Notes under the pieces: generated by a model
Databases searched by the model: none
The model's input: the letters and a program-made list of their open reading frames with translations, nothing else
What the model was told of the DNA's origin: nothing
Program-made: the position numbers and the translations under genes
Assembly: GCA_947427385.1 (NCBI GenBank)
Contig: CANEHT010000005.1
Location: 3,347-67,346 of the forward strand
From: an uncultured Clostridia bacterium
Lineage (GTDB): Bacteria > Bacillota > Clostridia > Lachnospirales > CAMVHY01
Direction of reading: 5' to 3'
DNA: 64,000 nucleotides
Part shown: piece after piece, positions 1 to 9,883 of the stretch
Layout of the letters: each line of letters begins with the position of its first letter
Position numbering within the stretch: the stretch's first letter is position 1

Positions 1-1
1 T

Positions 2-565
2 AAAAATGCTCGAGATTATTATAATTCGTGTTCTATTTCTAAAAGAGATAGTCGGTTGTTATTTACTATAATACTATATGGATTTCAGCAGCAAATACGA
101 TTTAATAGCAATTATGAATTCAATAATCCTGTCGGGTTACGCTGGTTCAACGATAAAGTATTGGAAAAGATGATTAGCTTTTCACGAAAAATAAAGGAAA
201 CTGATTTTAAGTTTCTTAGTACAAGTTACGATGAATTGATAAAATACATTGATAATAATACATTTGTATATTTTGATCCACCATACAAACTTACAACAGG
301 TGCGTATAATGATGGCAAACGTGGTTTTGATGGCTGGAATGAAGACTTGGAAAATAAATTGTTTGCATTTGCTGATATGCTTACCAAGAATAGCATAAAA
401 TTTGTGCTCTCATATGTGATTGAACATAAGGGAATTAAAAACGATAATTTATTAAAATGGGTTAATAATAATCATTATTCCATTATTAAATTAGGAGATG
501 TTCTTGGGATTTCAGGAAGCAAAAGGAAAGAGGTGCTAATTATAAATTATGATGTACAACAATAA
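2..565 (+). CDS. DNA adenine N6-methyltransferase, Dam/D12 class (C-terminal part; the 5' end lies outside the window)
   Basis: The reading frame is open back to nt 2, so the TTG at 56 is not the true start. The catalytic FDPPY motif is present, and the length and layout downstream of it are Dam-like. The gene overlaps the downstream nuclease gene by 17 nt. Confidence 0.8.
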   Translation, partial: KNARDYYNSCSISKRDSRLLFTIILYGFQQQIRFNSNYEFNNPVGLRWFNDKVLEKMISFSRKIKETDFKFLSTSYDELIKYIDNNTFVYFDPPYKLTTGAYNDGKRGFDGWNEDLENKLFAFADMLTKNSIKFVLSYVIEHKGIKNDNLLKWVNNNHYSIIKLGDVLGISGSKRKEVLIINYDVQQ

Positions 566-1757
566 ACCACATTTTATCATTAAAAAGAATCTTCAAAAGT
601 CAAAAAATACAAATATATATTTCTGCGACGAAGTTACCCCTGATATATTAAAAGATGTATGCATACGAATAACTGGTCAGAGTAATTACACATATGAATA
701 TGTTAAAAATGACTATTCTGATGATTTTTTAGAAAAAACATATAATAAAGGTCGTATGGCTCTTATGTTTTATAAAAATATAGTTCATTATATCAGTTTT
801 TCGGAGAAAAATATAGATGGGCGAAATTCTAGTGTTCAAAGTGTTCCGACAGCCTTTAATATATATTATAATAGTACATATCCTAATAAAAAGTTATACT
901 ATTATTTTCTTAATGTTCAAGGCAATGCAGAAACAAATTATCAATTACTGATATATAGATTAATGAATACTGTGGGATTTGAGTTTCTTAATGCAAATGA
1001 AATACTACGTTCTAACATTAAAGCATATAGCTCTATAGATGATATTATGTTTAATAGGCGTATTAATTCCCACAGAAATAAAAGTAATAATTCCACATAT
1101 ATTACAAAAAATGATTACGGAGAAATAGAAATTTACGGAAAAACTTATGGTGCTAATAAGTATGAAACAAGTTTGATGTGTTATGCGCTTTCAGGTCTTA
1201 GAGAACCCGGACAAGTAATAAAACTTTATGAAATATTGGAAGGTAATTTAAAAGAATTACCTAAGTCTAGTCTCAATGTAATAGGTAAAATGGGCGGTAT
1301 TGATGTCGTACCAATCGATAGAACATTAGAAAAGAAAATTTTTAAAGGAAAAAATAGTCTTAGATCTCCGCGTTATATTTATAATTTGTTATCAAAACTA
1401 GGCAATAAACATTGTGCGTTATGTAGTTGTGAAATACCTGAAATAGTGCAAGGGGCACATATATGGCCTGTCGCAGATATTAAAAGGAATTCTATTATGA
1501 ATGATGAAGAAAAATTAAATTATGCGATTGACGGAGAAAATGGAGTATGGTTATGTGAAAATCATCACAAATTATTTGACTCTCATATGATAACATTTGA
1601 CGATAAAGGAAGAGTCAGATTTAAGAGTGGTATGGAACATCGCCATATTACATATATAGATAAAATAACAACTGTTAATGAATTACCAGATTATATTCTT
1701 ACAGATAAATTTGTTGAGTACATTTGGAGAAGAGAACATACTATAAGTAATTTATAG
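549..1757 (+). CDS. Putative type II restriction endonuclease with a C-terminal HNH nuclease domain
   Basis: The C-terminus has a CxxC...H(IWPV)...NG(VWL)C.NHH..FD pattern typical of HNH/HNH_2 nucleases. The N-terminal ~280 aa has no recognisable motif and is presumably the specificity domain. The gene is translationally coupled to the methyltransferase gene. Confidence 0.6.
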   Translation: MMYNNKPHFIIKKNLQKSKNTNIYFCDEVTPDILKDVCIRITGQSNYTYEYVKNDYSDDFLEKTYNKGRMALMFYKNIVHYISFSEKNIDGRNSSVQSVPTAFNIYYNSTYPNKKLYYYFLNVQGNAETNYQLLIYRLMNTVGFEFLNANEILRSNIKAYSSIDDIMFNRRINSHRNKSNNSTYITKNDYGEIEIYGKTYGANKYETSLMCYALSGLREPGQVIKLYEILEGNLKELPKSSLNVIGKMGGIDVVPIDRTLEKKIFKGKNSLRSPRYIYNLLSKLGNKHCALCSCEIPEIVQGAHIWPVADIKRNSIMNDEEKLNYAIDGENGVWLCENHHKLFDSHMITFDDKGRVRFKSGMEHRHITYIDKITTVNELPDYILTDKFVEYIWRREHTISNL

Positions 1758-1962
1758 ACCTTATAATTTATAGGCCTTATATAGCAATAAGATTAAATAA
1801 AAAAGTGGACAGTTAGAGCCGCGTTTTGAGGGTATTTAATATAACTATACATACCCCCTAAGTTTATAGATATTTTATACTCTAAAAAGTAAGTATTTAT
1901 GCGGTTTTCAGAACTCAAAATTTCGTCTAAATGCTCACTTCTATTCCACTATTGAGGCATAG

Positions 1963-2000
1963 AAAAAAGTCTATCGCTTTTATAAGCGATAGACTTTTTT
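1963..2000. terminator. Bidirectional rho-independent terminator between the R-M pair and ruvB
   Basis: A perfect 11-bp stem (GTCTATCGCTT / AAGCGATAGAC) with a 4-nt loop is flanked by an A6 run on one side and a T6 run on the other. Confidence 0.75.
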
Positions 2001-2068
2001 AATCCTGCTTGACAGACAATCTACTTTACTGTCTTAACAGTGTCCGCCTAACGCTCATTTTTTTTTTA

Positions 2069-3067
2069 TTAAAATCCCGGTAAAAGTAAACCAAAATGTT
2101 TATAACCATAATGTGTTATTACTCTGCCGCGTGCAGTACGTTGAATGTAACCAATTTGAATTAGATATGGTTCATAAACGTCTTCAATAGTTTCTGCATC
2201 TTCATTTATTGCCGCTGCAAGCGTTTCTAATCCAACAGGACCTCCGCCAAATTTATTTATCATAGTCTCTAAAATTTTTCGATCAAGCATATCAAGCCCC
2301 ATTTTGTCAATTTCCAAACGATCTAAAGAATTTTTTGCAATATTTTCATTTATTACACCTTTATTTTCAATTTGTGCAAAATCGCGTACGCGTTTCAATA
2401 ATCTATTTGCAATACGAGGAGTACCGCGAGAACGTTTTGCAATTTCTTTTGCCGCATCAGTATCAATTTCTATTTCTAAAACTTTTGCTGAACGACAAAT
2501 TATTTTTTCTAATTCTTCTGTTGAATATAGTTCCAAATGGTTTATGACACCAAATCTATCGCGTAGTGGTGCTGTCAAAAGTCCTATACGAGTTGTCGCT
2601 CCGATTAACGTAAAGTGTGGTAAGTCAAGTCTAATACTTTTGGCGCCAGGTCCTTTTCCAATTACAATATCTAACGCAAAATCTTCCATTGCAGGATAAA
2701 GCATTTCCTCAATCACACGATTTAATCTATGAATTTCATCGATAAACAAAACATCGCCATCACTCAAATCATTTAAAATTGCAGCCATATCGCCAGTATT
2801 TTCAATTGCCGGACCGGAAGTAATTTTTATATTCACGCCCATATATTTGGCAATAATATTTGACAAAGTAGTTTTACCAAGTCCCGGCGGACCGTAAAAA
2901 AGTACATGGTCTAAAGTTTCATGACGAATTTTTGCAGCGTCAATGTACACTTTCAAATTTTCTTTGATTTTATTTTGTCCAATATAGTCTTCAAAAGTTT
3001 GTGGGCGCAATTTGGGTTCGATAATAACATCTTCAGCTGCAATTTTCGTTTCAATAATTCTTTTCAA
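2069..3067 (-). CDS. ruvB: Holliday junction branch migration ATPase RuvB
   Basis: Walker A motif GPPGLGKTT, a DEIHR Walker B/sensor region, full-length RuvB-like sequence, and a position directly downstream of ruvA. Confidence 0.97.
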   Translation of the reverse strand: MKRIIETKIAAEDVIIEPKLRPQTFEDYIGQNKIKENLKVYIDAAKIRHETLDHVLFYGPPGLGKTTLSNIIAKYMGVNIKITSGPAIENTGDMAAILNDLSDGDVLFIDEIHRLNRVIEEMLYPAMEDFALDIVIGKGPGAKSIRLDLPHFTLIGATTRIGLLTAPLRDRFGVINHLELYSTEELEKIICRSAKVLEIEIDTDAAKEIAKRSRGTPRIANRLLKRVRDFAQIENKGVINENIAKNSLDRLEIDKMGLDMLDRKILETMINKFGGGPVGLETLAAAINEDAETIEDVYEPYLIQIGYIQRTARGRVITHYGYKHFGLLLPGF

Positions 3068-3077
3068 TTTATTTCAC

Positions 3078-3638
3078 CTATTTTGCCAATAATTTTAAAA
3101 CTTGTTTAATAATTTGTTGCGCATCTAAATCGTCAGTTTGCATTTGCATAACAATTTTTATAATTTGCGCGCGATCATAACCGAGTGAGCAAAGTGCTTC
3201 AACGGCATCAGACACTTCATTATTTTTTGGTAAATTATCGGGAAGCGTAATTTTATCTTTCAATTCCAAAATTAATCGTTGTGCAGTTTTTTTACCGATA
3301 CCCGGAATTTTACTGAGTACATCGATATTTTCGGTAGCAATTGCAAAATAAATATTTTCCTGCGTCATATTTGCGAGGATATTCATTGCAGCTTTTGGCC
3401 CAATTCCTGATACAGTTATTAATTTCTTAAATGTTTGTAACTCTGTAAGTGAGCAAAATCCGTATAAACTTATTGAATCTTCTTTAACTGACATGAAAGT
3501 GTAGAGTTTTAATTTTTTGTCGGACGTAATAATTTTAGTTTCATCTGCAACTTTTATTTCATAGCCAATGCCGTTGTTATTTAAGATAACGGTATTTTTT
3601 TCTATGCTGTCAATTTCTCCGATAATAAATGAAATCAT
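3078..3638 (-). CDS. ruvA: Holliday junction DNA-binding protein RuvA
   Basis: HhH motifs (GIGPK, IPGIGKKTAQR), typical length, and the ruvA-ruvB gene order. Confidence 0.93.
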   Translation of the reverse strand: MISFIIGEIDSIEKNTVILNNNGIGYEIKVADETKIITSDKKLKLYTFMSVKEDSISLYGFCSLTELQTFKKLITVSGIGPKAAMNILANMTQENIYFAIATENIDVLSKIPGIGKKTAQRLILELKDKITLPDNLPKNNEVSDAVEALCSLGYDRAQIIKIVMQMQTDDLDAQQIIKQVLKLLAK

Positions 3639-3767
3639 GGTAGAAATCCTACTTTCTTAAAAAATTATGGACTTATTATATAAAAATCTGGCGAAAATTT
3701 CATCATATAATTTGTTTTTTGTAGTAAAATATTTTTTGCATAAAAAATTTTAATGAGGAGATAAAAA

Positions 3768-6347
3768 ATGTTTACAAAATCTAAAGATGAAATTATAAAT
3801 GAATTTAACACCGATATTACTATTGGCTTAGATGAAAAAATTTCACAAGAACGCTTAAAAAAATTTGGCCCAAATAAATTAGCACAAAGTAAACCAAAAA
3901 CTATTTTTACTTTATTCCTCGAACAATTTAAAGATTTTCTCGTAATTATTTTAATTGTTGCCGCCGTAATCTCTTGTATATTCGGTGAATTTCTCGATGG
4001 CTCAATTATTATTTTAGTTGTAATTTTAAATTCATGCCTTGGCGTTTATCAGGAAAATAAGGCGAACAATGCTTTTGCCGCACTAAAAGAATTAACGCAG
4101 CCGCATGCAAAAATTTTGCGTAACAACAAAATAATTCAGGTACAAACCGATTTACTTGTTCCGGGTGATGTCGTAATTATTGAATCCGGCGATTATATTC
4201 CCGCCGATATTCGTTTGGTTGAAAGTATAAATTTAAAAATAAATGAGTCAGCGCTAACTGGTGAATCATTTCCGGTTGAGAAAAATGCTAACACAATTTT
4301 AGATACACAAACTGTTTTAGGTGACAGGATTAATTGCGCATATATGAGTTCAATTGTTACTTGTGGGCGCGGTAAAGGAATCGTATTTGCGACAGGAATG
4401 AATACGGAGATTGGAAAAATTGCATCGATGCTAAATGAAACTGACGAACAAATTACGCCATTACAAAAAAAGTTAAATCATTTTGGCAAATTTTTAGGTT
4501 GCGGCTGTATTTTTATATGTGTTTTAATTTTTTTCATCGGTCTCATGCATAATATCGAGCCACTACAAATTTTTATGACAGCAATTTCGTTAGCAGTTGC
4601 CGCAATCCCCGAAGGATTAACGGTTGTCGTTACGGTAATACTTGCAATGGGAATGCAACGAATGGTCAAAATGAATTCTATTATAAAAAAACTTAGTGCG
4701 GTAGAAACTTTGGGAAGTGTTACCGTCATATGCTCGGATAAAACCGGAACGCTGACACAAAATAAAATGACGGTCGTAAAATTTTATACAAACGACAAAA
4801 TATTTGACAATTTCAAAATAAATAATGAAACAGATTTTACACACACGAAAAAACTTTTTGAAATTGCATCACTTTGCAATGATGCACAATATTCCGCCAA
4901 TAATTCAATTGGTGACCCAACGGAAAGTTCATTACTTGAAGCCGCCGAAAAAATTAATTTGTATAAAAATGAATTAAATCAAAAAAATCCACGTGTTAGT
5001 GAAATTGCATTTGACTCCGACCGAAAACTTATGTCAACTTTAAACAAATTTGACCAAAAATTTATTGTGAACACAAAAGGTGCGCCTGATGAAATTTTAA
5101 AATGTGTAAATTTTATTTTATCCAATGGACAAGTTCGTGAAATTTCTCAAAGCGACAAGGATAACATATTAAAAGCTAACAGTGGTTTTGCAAATAATGC
5201 TTATCGCGTTTTAGGAGTCGCATATAAAATCATCGATGACAAAAAAGATTTTAGTGAAAACAATTTGATATTTGTCGGATTAATTGGCATGATTGACCCA
5301 CCGCGTCCCGAAGCTAAAAATGCAATTGAAATCTGCAAAAATGCAGGCATAACGGTTAAAATGATTACGGGCGATCACAAAATTACTGCATCTAAAATCG
5401 CAAACGATTTGGGTATTACATCTGATGTTATTGAAGGCAAAGAGATTGATTCAATGACAGATTTAGAATTGCAAAATAAAATTAAAACGACTCATATTTT
5501 TGCGCGTGTTTCACCGCAACATAAAGTCCGTATAGTTTCAGCGATAAAAAATGATAAAAATATTGTGGCAATGACTGGCGATGGCGTTAATGATGCACCA
5601 TCGTTAAAAAATGCTGATATTGGTATTGCAATGGGAATAACGGGAACTGATGTTGCAAAAGAAGCTTGCGATATGATTTTAACTGATGACAATTTTGCGA
5701 GCATAGTAAAAGCGGTGGAGCAGGGGAGAATAATTTATGCGAATATCCGAAAGGTTATCGCTTATCTTTTATCGTGTAATATTGGTGAAATTTTGTTGAT
5801 ATTTATCGCGCTGCTTTTTAATTTGCCAACACCACTTGCGCCAATTCATTTGCTTTCAATAAATTTCATAACGGATGCGTTTCCGGCATTTGCATTAGGA
5901 ATGGAAGAGGGCGATGAAAAAATAATGCAGGCAAAGCCAAATAATCCTGACGAGCCATTGATAAATAAACGTATGTTCAAATTTATTTGCGTACAAAGTT
6001 TTGCGCTAAGTTTTGCAACGTTAAGTTCATTTGTCTTTATCTTAAAAATTACAAATTATGAAACAGCAATGACAGCGTGTTTTATAACGCTTGTAATCGG
6101 TGAATTATTGCGAGTTTATTCATCGCGTTCAGATAAAAAATTTTTATTCAAGATAAAAATATTTTCAAATAAATTTTTAAATCGTTGCGTAATTTTTTCA
6201 TTTATATTTTTATTTTGCAGCATTTATTTTCCATTTTTAAATAAAATTTTTTCAACTGTTTTGCTTCCACCGTTTTACTTTTTTATTTGTATTTTATTTG
6301 CATTAATTCCATTATTGGCGGGCGAAATTTTTAAACTATTTTTGTAA
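3768..6347 (+). CDS. Cation-translocating P-type ATPase (Ca2+-ATPase, P2A/YloB-like)
   Basis: Contains LTGES, the DKTGTLT phosphorylation site, TGDGVNDAP and about 10 TM segments. An RBS (GAGGAG) lies upstream. Confidence 0.9.
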   Translation: MFTKSKDEIINEFNTDITIGLDEKISQERLKKFGPNKLAQSKPKTIFTLFLEQFKDFLVIILIVAAVISCIFGEFLDGSIIILVVILNSCLGVYQENKANNAFAALKELTQPHAKILRNNKIIQVQTDLLVPGDVVIIESGDYIPADIRLVESINLKINESALTGESFPVEKNANTILDTQTVLGDRINCAYMSSIVTCGRGKGIVFATGMNTEIGKIASMLNETDEQITPLQKKLNHFGKFLGCGCIFICVLIFFIGLMHNIEPLQIFMTAISLAVAAIPEGLTVVVTVILAMGMQRMVKMNSIIKKLSAVETLGSVTVICSDKTGTLTQNKMTVVKFYTNDKIFDNFKINNETDFTHTKKLFEIASLCNDAQYSANNSIGDPTESSLLEAAEKINLYKNELNQKNPRVSEIAFDSDRKLMSTLNKFDQKFIVNTKGAPDEILKCVNFILSNGQVREISQSDKDNILKANSGFANNAYRVLGVAYKIIDDKKDFSENNLIFVGLIGMIDPPRPEAKNAIEICKNAGITVKMITGDHKITASKIANDLGITSDVIEGKEIDSMTDLELQNKIKTTHIFARVSPQHKVRIVSAIKNDKNIVAMTGDGVNDAPSLKNADIGIAMGITGTDVAKEACDMILTDDNFASIVKAVEQGRIIYANIRKVIAYLLSCNIGEILLIFIALLFNLPTPLAPIHLLSINFITDAFPAFALGMEEGDEKIMQAKPNNPDEPLINKRMFKFICVQSFALSFATLSSFVFILKITNYETAMTACFITLVIGELLRVYSSRSDKKFLFKIKIFSNKFLNRCVIFSFIFLFCSIYFPFLNKIFSTVLLPPFYFFICILFALIPLLAGEIFKLFL

Positions 6348-6424
6348 AACTTTGTCATGCTTTTTAATTTTATTTCATCGGTAAAATGGTAAAATGTTTT
6401 TATAAATTTTAGGGAGGAATTTTT

Positions 6425-8191
6425 ATGAAATTAAGAAATGAAATTGATGACAAATTTAAATGGCATTTGAATGATTTATTTGACACAGATGAACTTTGGC
6501 AAAATTCTTACGACGAATTAAATAACTCAATAGCGCTTATAAATTCGTTTCGTGGCAAATTAAATGATTTACAAATTTTAAAACAATGTCTTGAAAAAGT
6601 TTATGATATTTATGAAAAATTGGGGCGTGTTTATGTTTACGCACAAATGAAACTTCACGAGGATGCCAATAATAATTTTTATCAGGCAATGGCAGATAAA
6701 TCTGACATAATTCGTGTAAAAATTGCAGCCGCAGCTTCTTTTATAGAGCCGGAAATTTTAAATTTAAGTGAAGAACAATTAAAAACTTTTATCGAGTCAA
6801 ATAATTTGTACGCACATTTCATGGAAAATCTTTTGCGCATGAAAAAACATATTCTTAGTCCGGAAATTGAAAAAATTCTTACCGACGCAACTCAATTAGC
6901 TGATGCGCCTGATAATATTTATTCAATGTTAAGTAATGCTGACATGAATTTTGGCAAAATAAAAATTTCGGATGGCAAAGAAATTGAACTCACTCATGGG
7001 AAATTTATATCACTTATGGAATCTTCGGAGCGAGATGTTCGTCGGCAAGCTTTTAATGTTTACTACGATGCTTATATTAATCAAAAAAATACAATTGCAA
7101 CGATATATTCGTCATCTGTAAAAAATGATGTATTTTTTGCGCGTACGAGAAATTTTGATTCAGTTTTGTCAAAAGCACTTTTCATACACAATATTCCTGA
7201 AAATGTTTACTCAAATTTAATTGAAACTGTCAATGAATATTTACCTGATTTGCATGGTTACATTGACATACGAAAAAAATTGCTCGGCCTGCAAGAACTT
7301 CATATGTACGATATGTATGTGCCGATTGTACCGGAAATCGATACGCAAATAAGTTTTGACGAAGCAAAAGAAACTGTAAAAAAGGCTTTGCAACCATTAG
7401 GCAATGATTATGTCGCAAAACTTGATGAAGCTTTTAACAGCGGTTGGATTGATGTTTATGAAAACAAAGGTAAACGTAGTGGCGCATATTCTTGGGGAGC
7501 TTATGGTTGTCATCCGTTTGTACTTTTAAATTTTGACGGAAAAATTGAAGATATGTTTACACTTGCACATGAAATGGGACACGCTATGCACAGTTTTTAT
7601 TCGTGGAGCAATCAGCCATATATATATGCGGATTATACGATATTTTTGGCTGAGATTGCGTCAACCGTGAATGAAACACTTTTGATGCAATATCTTTTGA
7701 AAACGACAGAGGATAAAAAATTTAAATCGTACTTGATAAATTATTTTTTAGAGCAATTTCGTCGCACACTTTATCGTCAAACAATGTTTGCAGAATTTGA
7801 AATGCAAACGCATGACATGGTACAAAAAGATATTCCACTCACGGTAGATTTGTTAAACAAAACTTACAGAGATTTAAATTTGAAATATCATGGGAAAAGT
7901 GTTACACTCGATGAAAAATCGGATATAGAATGGTCGCGGATACCGCATTTTTATAACGCATTTTATGTTTATCAATATGCAACAGGATATTCGTCGGCTA
8001 TTGCGCTTTCACAAAAAATTTTATCGGGCGATAATAGTTATCGTAAATTTTTGCAAAGTGGATCTAGCAATTATTCGATTGAAATATTAAAAAATGCCGG
8101 AGTTGATATGACAACGCCGGCGCCAATTAAAAGTGCTTTGGAATATTTTAAAGAACTTGTTGAGCAAATGAAAAAAATTAGTGAGGTATGA
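6425..8191 (+). CDS. pepF: Oligoendopeptidase F (M3B metallopeptidase)
   Basis: HEMGH zinc motif (LAHEMGHAMHS), a length of ~590 aa and PepF-like sequence throughout. Confidence 0.9.
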   Translation: MKLRNEIDDKFKWHLNDLFDTDELWQNSYDELNNSIALINSFRGKLNDLQILKQCLEKVYDIYEKLGRVYVYAQMKLHEDANNNFYQAMADKSDIIRVKIAAAASFIEPEILNLSEEQLKTFIESNNLYAHFMENLLRMKKHILSPEIEKILTDATQLADAPDNIYSMLSNADMNFGKIKISDGKEIELTHGKFISLMESSERDVRRQAFNVYYDAYINQKNTIATIYSSSVKNDVFFARTRNFDSVLSKALFIHNIPENVYSNLIETVNEYLPDLHGYIDIRKKLLGLQELHMYDMYVPIVPEIDTQISFDEAKETVKKALQPLGNDYVAKLDEAFNSGWIDVYENKGKRSGAYSWGAYGCHPFVLLNFDGKIEDMFTLAHEMGHAMHSFYSWSNQPYIYADYTIFLAEIASTVNETLLMQYLLKTTEDKKFKSYLINYFLEQFRRTLYRQTMFAEFEMQTHDMVQKDIPLTVDLLNKTYRDLNLKYHGKSVTLDEKSDIEWSRIPHFYNAFYVYQYATGYSSAIALSQKILSGDNSYRKFLQSGSSNYSIEILKNAGVDMTTPAPIKSALEYFKELVEQMKKISEV

Positions 8192-8194
8192 TGA

Positions 8195-8602
8195 ATGGAT
8201 TGTATTTTTTGTAAAATAGTTAATAACGAAGTTGACGCATATAAAATTTATGAAGATGATGATTGTATCGTAATTTTGGACAAATTTCCAAATAATATTG
8301 GGCATTCGCTTGTTATTCCGAAAAAACATGTGCAAAATATTTTTGAATTAGATGATGACTTAGCCGGAAAAATTTTAAAAGTTGCGGCAAAAATTTCTAA
8401 TGCTATTCAAAAAAGTTTGAAGCCTGATGGCATACATCTTTTACAAAATAATAATAAAGGTGCGAATCAAACCGTTAATCATTTTCATATGCATATAATT
8501 CCGCGATATTTTGGCGATACCGTAGAAATTAAATGGGTTAATAATAAATTTAGTGATGAAGATTTTAATTTAACGTTTGAAAAAATAAAAAATTGCTTGT
8601 AA
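8195..8602 (+). CDS. HIT-family nucleotide hydrolase/transferase
   Basis: N-terminal CIFCKI motif and the histidine triad HFHMHIIP. Confidence 0.88.
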   Translation: MDCIFCKIVNNEVDAYKIYEDDDCIVILDKFPNNIGHSLVIPKKHVQNIFELDDDLAGKILKVAAKISNAIQKSLKPDGIHLLQNNNKGANQTVNHFHMHIIPRYFGDTVEIKWVNNKFSDEDFNLTFEKIKNCL

Positions 8603-8620
8603 AAATTAAGGAGGATAATA

Positions 8621-9028
8621 ATGGCTGTCGTAAATGAAATTTTGAAGGAAGAAAATAATTGCCTTTGCTTCGGAAATTATTTGATTCAGGAAAAACAAAA
8701 ACTTGAAAATTTTGACTTCAATGGCGATAAATATAAAGTTAAAACGCATAATGAAATTACACGTCTCGAAAAAAATGATTTATTACTTTTAGAAACTGTT
8801 CCCGGCTCCGCAATTCATAAATTTACTATGAATGATACGGATATAAATTTTGAGGCGGAAGGTTTTGAAAATACACAAATAACTTTAGATCTTGCGCCAA
8901 ATCAAAATTATAAACTCGAAATAAATAATGTTGTGATCGGTGTTACTAAGTCAAATCCGTTTGGCAAATTTTCTTTTAGTTTAAATCTTTCTTCTCAGCC
9001 AAGTATTATTAAAATCAAAAAAGTTTAG
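8621..9028 (+). CDS. Hypothetical protein (135 aa)
   Basis: Good RBS (AAGGAGG) and clean spacing after the HIT gene. No motif was recognised. Confidence 0.5.
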   Translation: MAVVNEILKEENNCLCFGNYLIQEKQKLENFDFNGDKYKVKTHNEITRLEKNDLLLLETVPGSAIHKFTMNDTDINFEAEGFENTQITLDLAPNQNYKLEINNVVIGVTKSNPFGKFSFSLNLSSQPSIIKIKKV

Positions 9029-9037
9029 TTCTTTCAT

Positions 9038-9076
9038 AAAAAAAATCATATCGATTATTTTCGGTATGATTTTTTA
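9038..9076. terminator. Bidirectional rho-independent terminator
   Basis: An 11-bp stem (AATCATATCGA / TCGGTATGATT, one G-U pair) with a 6-nt loop, an A-run upstream and a T-run downstream. It sits between convergent genes. Confidence 0.7.
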
Positions 9077-9084
9077 TTTTAATT

Positions 9085-9732
9085 CTATATTTCTTGATAA
9101 TCTTGGTTAGACATTAACGGCGGAATATTAAAATCCATTTGTGAATTTAGTAATGATGGAATTGAATATTCATCAAAATCTGTTTGATTTGGTTCGAATA
9201 AATTATACTTTTCTTGCTTTATTTAATACATTTCGTACACCTCTTTCAGCTCTAGGCGGTTTGTCAGGATGATTTGCATTAAATATATTTGTAACTTTTT
9301 GAGAAGTTGCAAATGGATTAGCTTGTTTTATCGCTATAATTTCTTTAGCTTCTGCTTCTTTAAACTGTCTTGCTCCATGATAGCCTTTTTTAAAATTTTT
9401 TATTTTATTCCATCTATTTTTTAATTCGTTCTTGCTTCGATTAGGAAAGAATCTTTGAATTTTATCAAAAGCTCTATCACCAAATTCTTTAACTTTTTCG
9501 CGAAGAAGTTCATCTTCTTCTCTTGAAAAAGGTACTGGTAAATTTGGATCTAAATAATCTTTCCACCTATTGTGTATTGTAGAAATAGATCATTAGGTTT
9601 TATTTGGTTAAATTTTTCCGCAATTTGTGTCCAATAATCTCCATGCTCTCCATGTAATTCAGTAATTAATTTATCCTCGTTTGATGAAAAGTTTACCCGT
9701 TTTCTCCTTTTAATATTTGCGGCTTCACTCAT
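9085..9732 (-). pseudogene. Frameshifted gene for a two-repeat Myb/SANT (R2R3-like) DNA-binding protein
   Basis: Three collinear coding segments were found. Frame 0 covers 9732-~9590 (...FSSNEDKLITELHGEHGDYWTQIAEKF...). A shifted frame covers ~9590-9206 (SISTIHNRWKDYLDPNLPVPFSREEDELLREKVKEFGDRAFDKIQRFFPNRSKNELKNRWNKI...). Frame 0 resumes at ~9208-9085 (YNLFEPNQTDFDEYSIPSLL...QEI*). Only the first 60 aa appear in the ORF track. Confidence 0.7.
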
Positions 9733-9883
9733 AAATCAACACTCCTTAATATTTTTTTTAATAATTAACAACAAGATAATTATAATACAAATAAAATAAT
9801 ATGTCAAAAATAATTTTAAAAATTTTATTTTATATTTTTTGTACAAGGCAAAAAATTTTTATATAATCAATAAAAATATTTTG

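Noticed and set aside
1758-1962. A 200-nt non-coding stretch after the R-M pair containing GTTTTGAG and GGTTTTCAGAACTCAAAAT motifs and a GGGTAT/ATACCC hairpin. It was checked for a tRNA or att fragment, a CRISPR or tracr-like repeat, or a small RNA.
   Set aside because: There is no cloverleaf, no repeated unit and no convincing promoter-plus-terminator pair of its own. It may be an insertion scar, but nothing specific can be supported from this sequence alone.
2304-3109. ORFs of 131, 70 and 62 aa on the plus strand inside ruvB
   Set aside because: They are antisense shadow frames of a well-supported gene, with low-complexity hydrophobic translations and no RBS. The same reasoning applies to the other embedded ORFs in the track: 4478-4844, 5492-5704, 7230-7418, 8087-8335, 11115-11973, 12292-13977, 17261-18454, 19490-20270, 20614-20959, 21758-22747, 23444-23629, 23977-24240, 24681-25052, 31654-31908, 32788-32970, 33584-33772, 35344-36804, 36884-37117, 37801-38100, 39705-39893, 42616-42831, 43818-44292, 45715-46038, 47967-48179, 52221-52493, 53373-53719, 56650-57057, 60744-61511 and 62292-63485.
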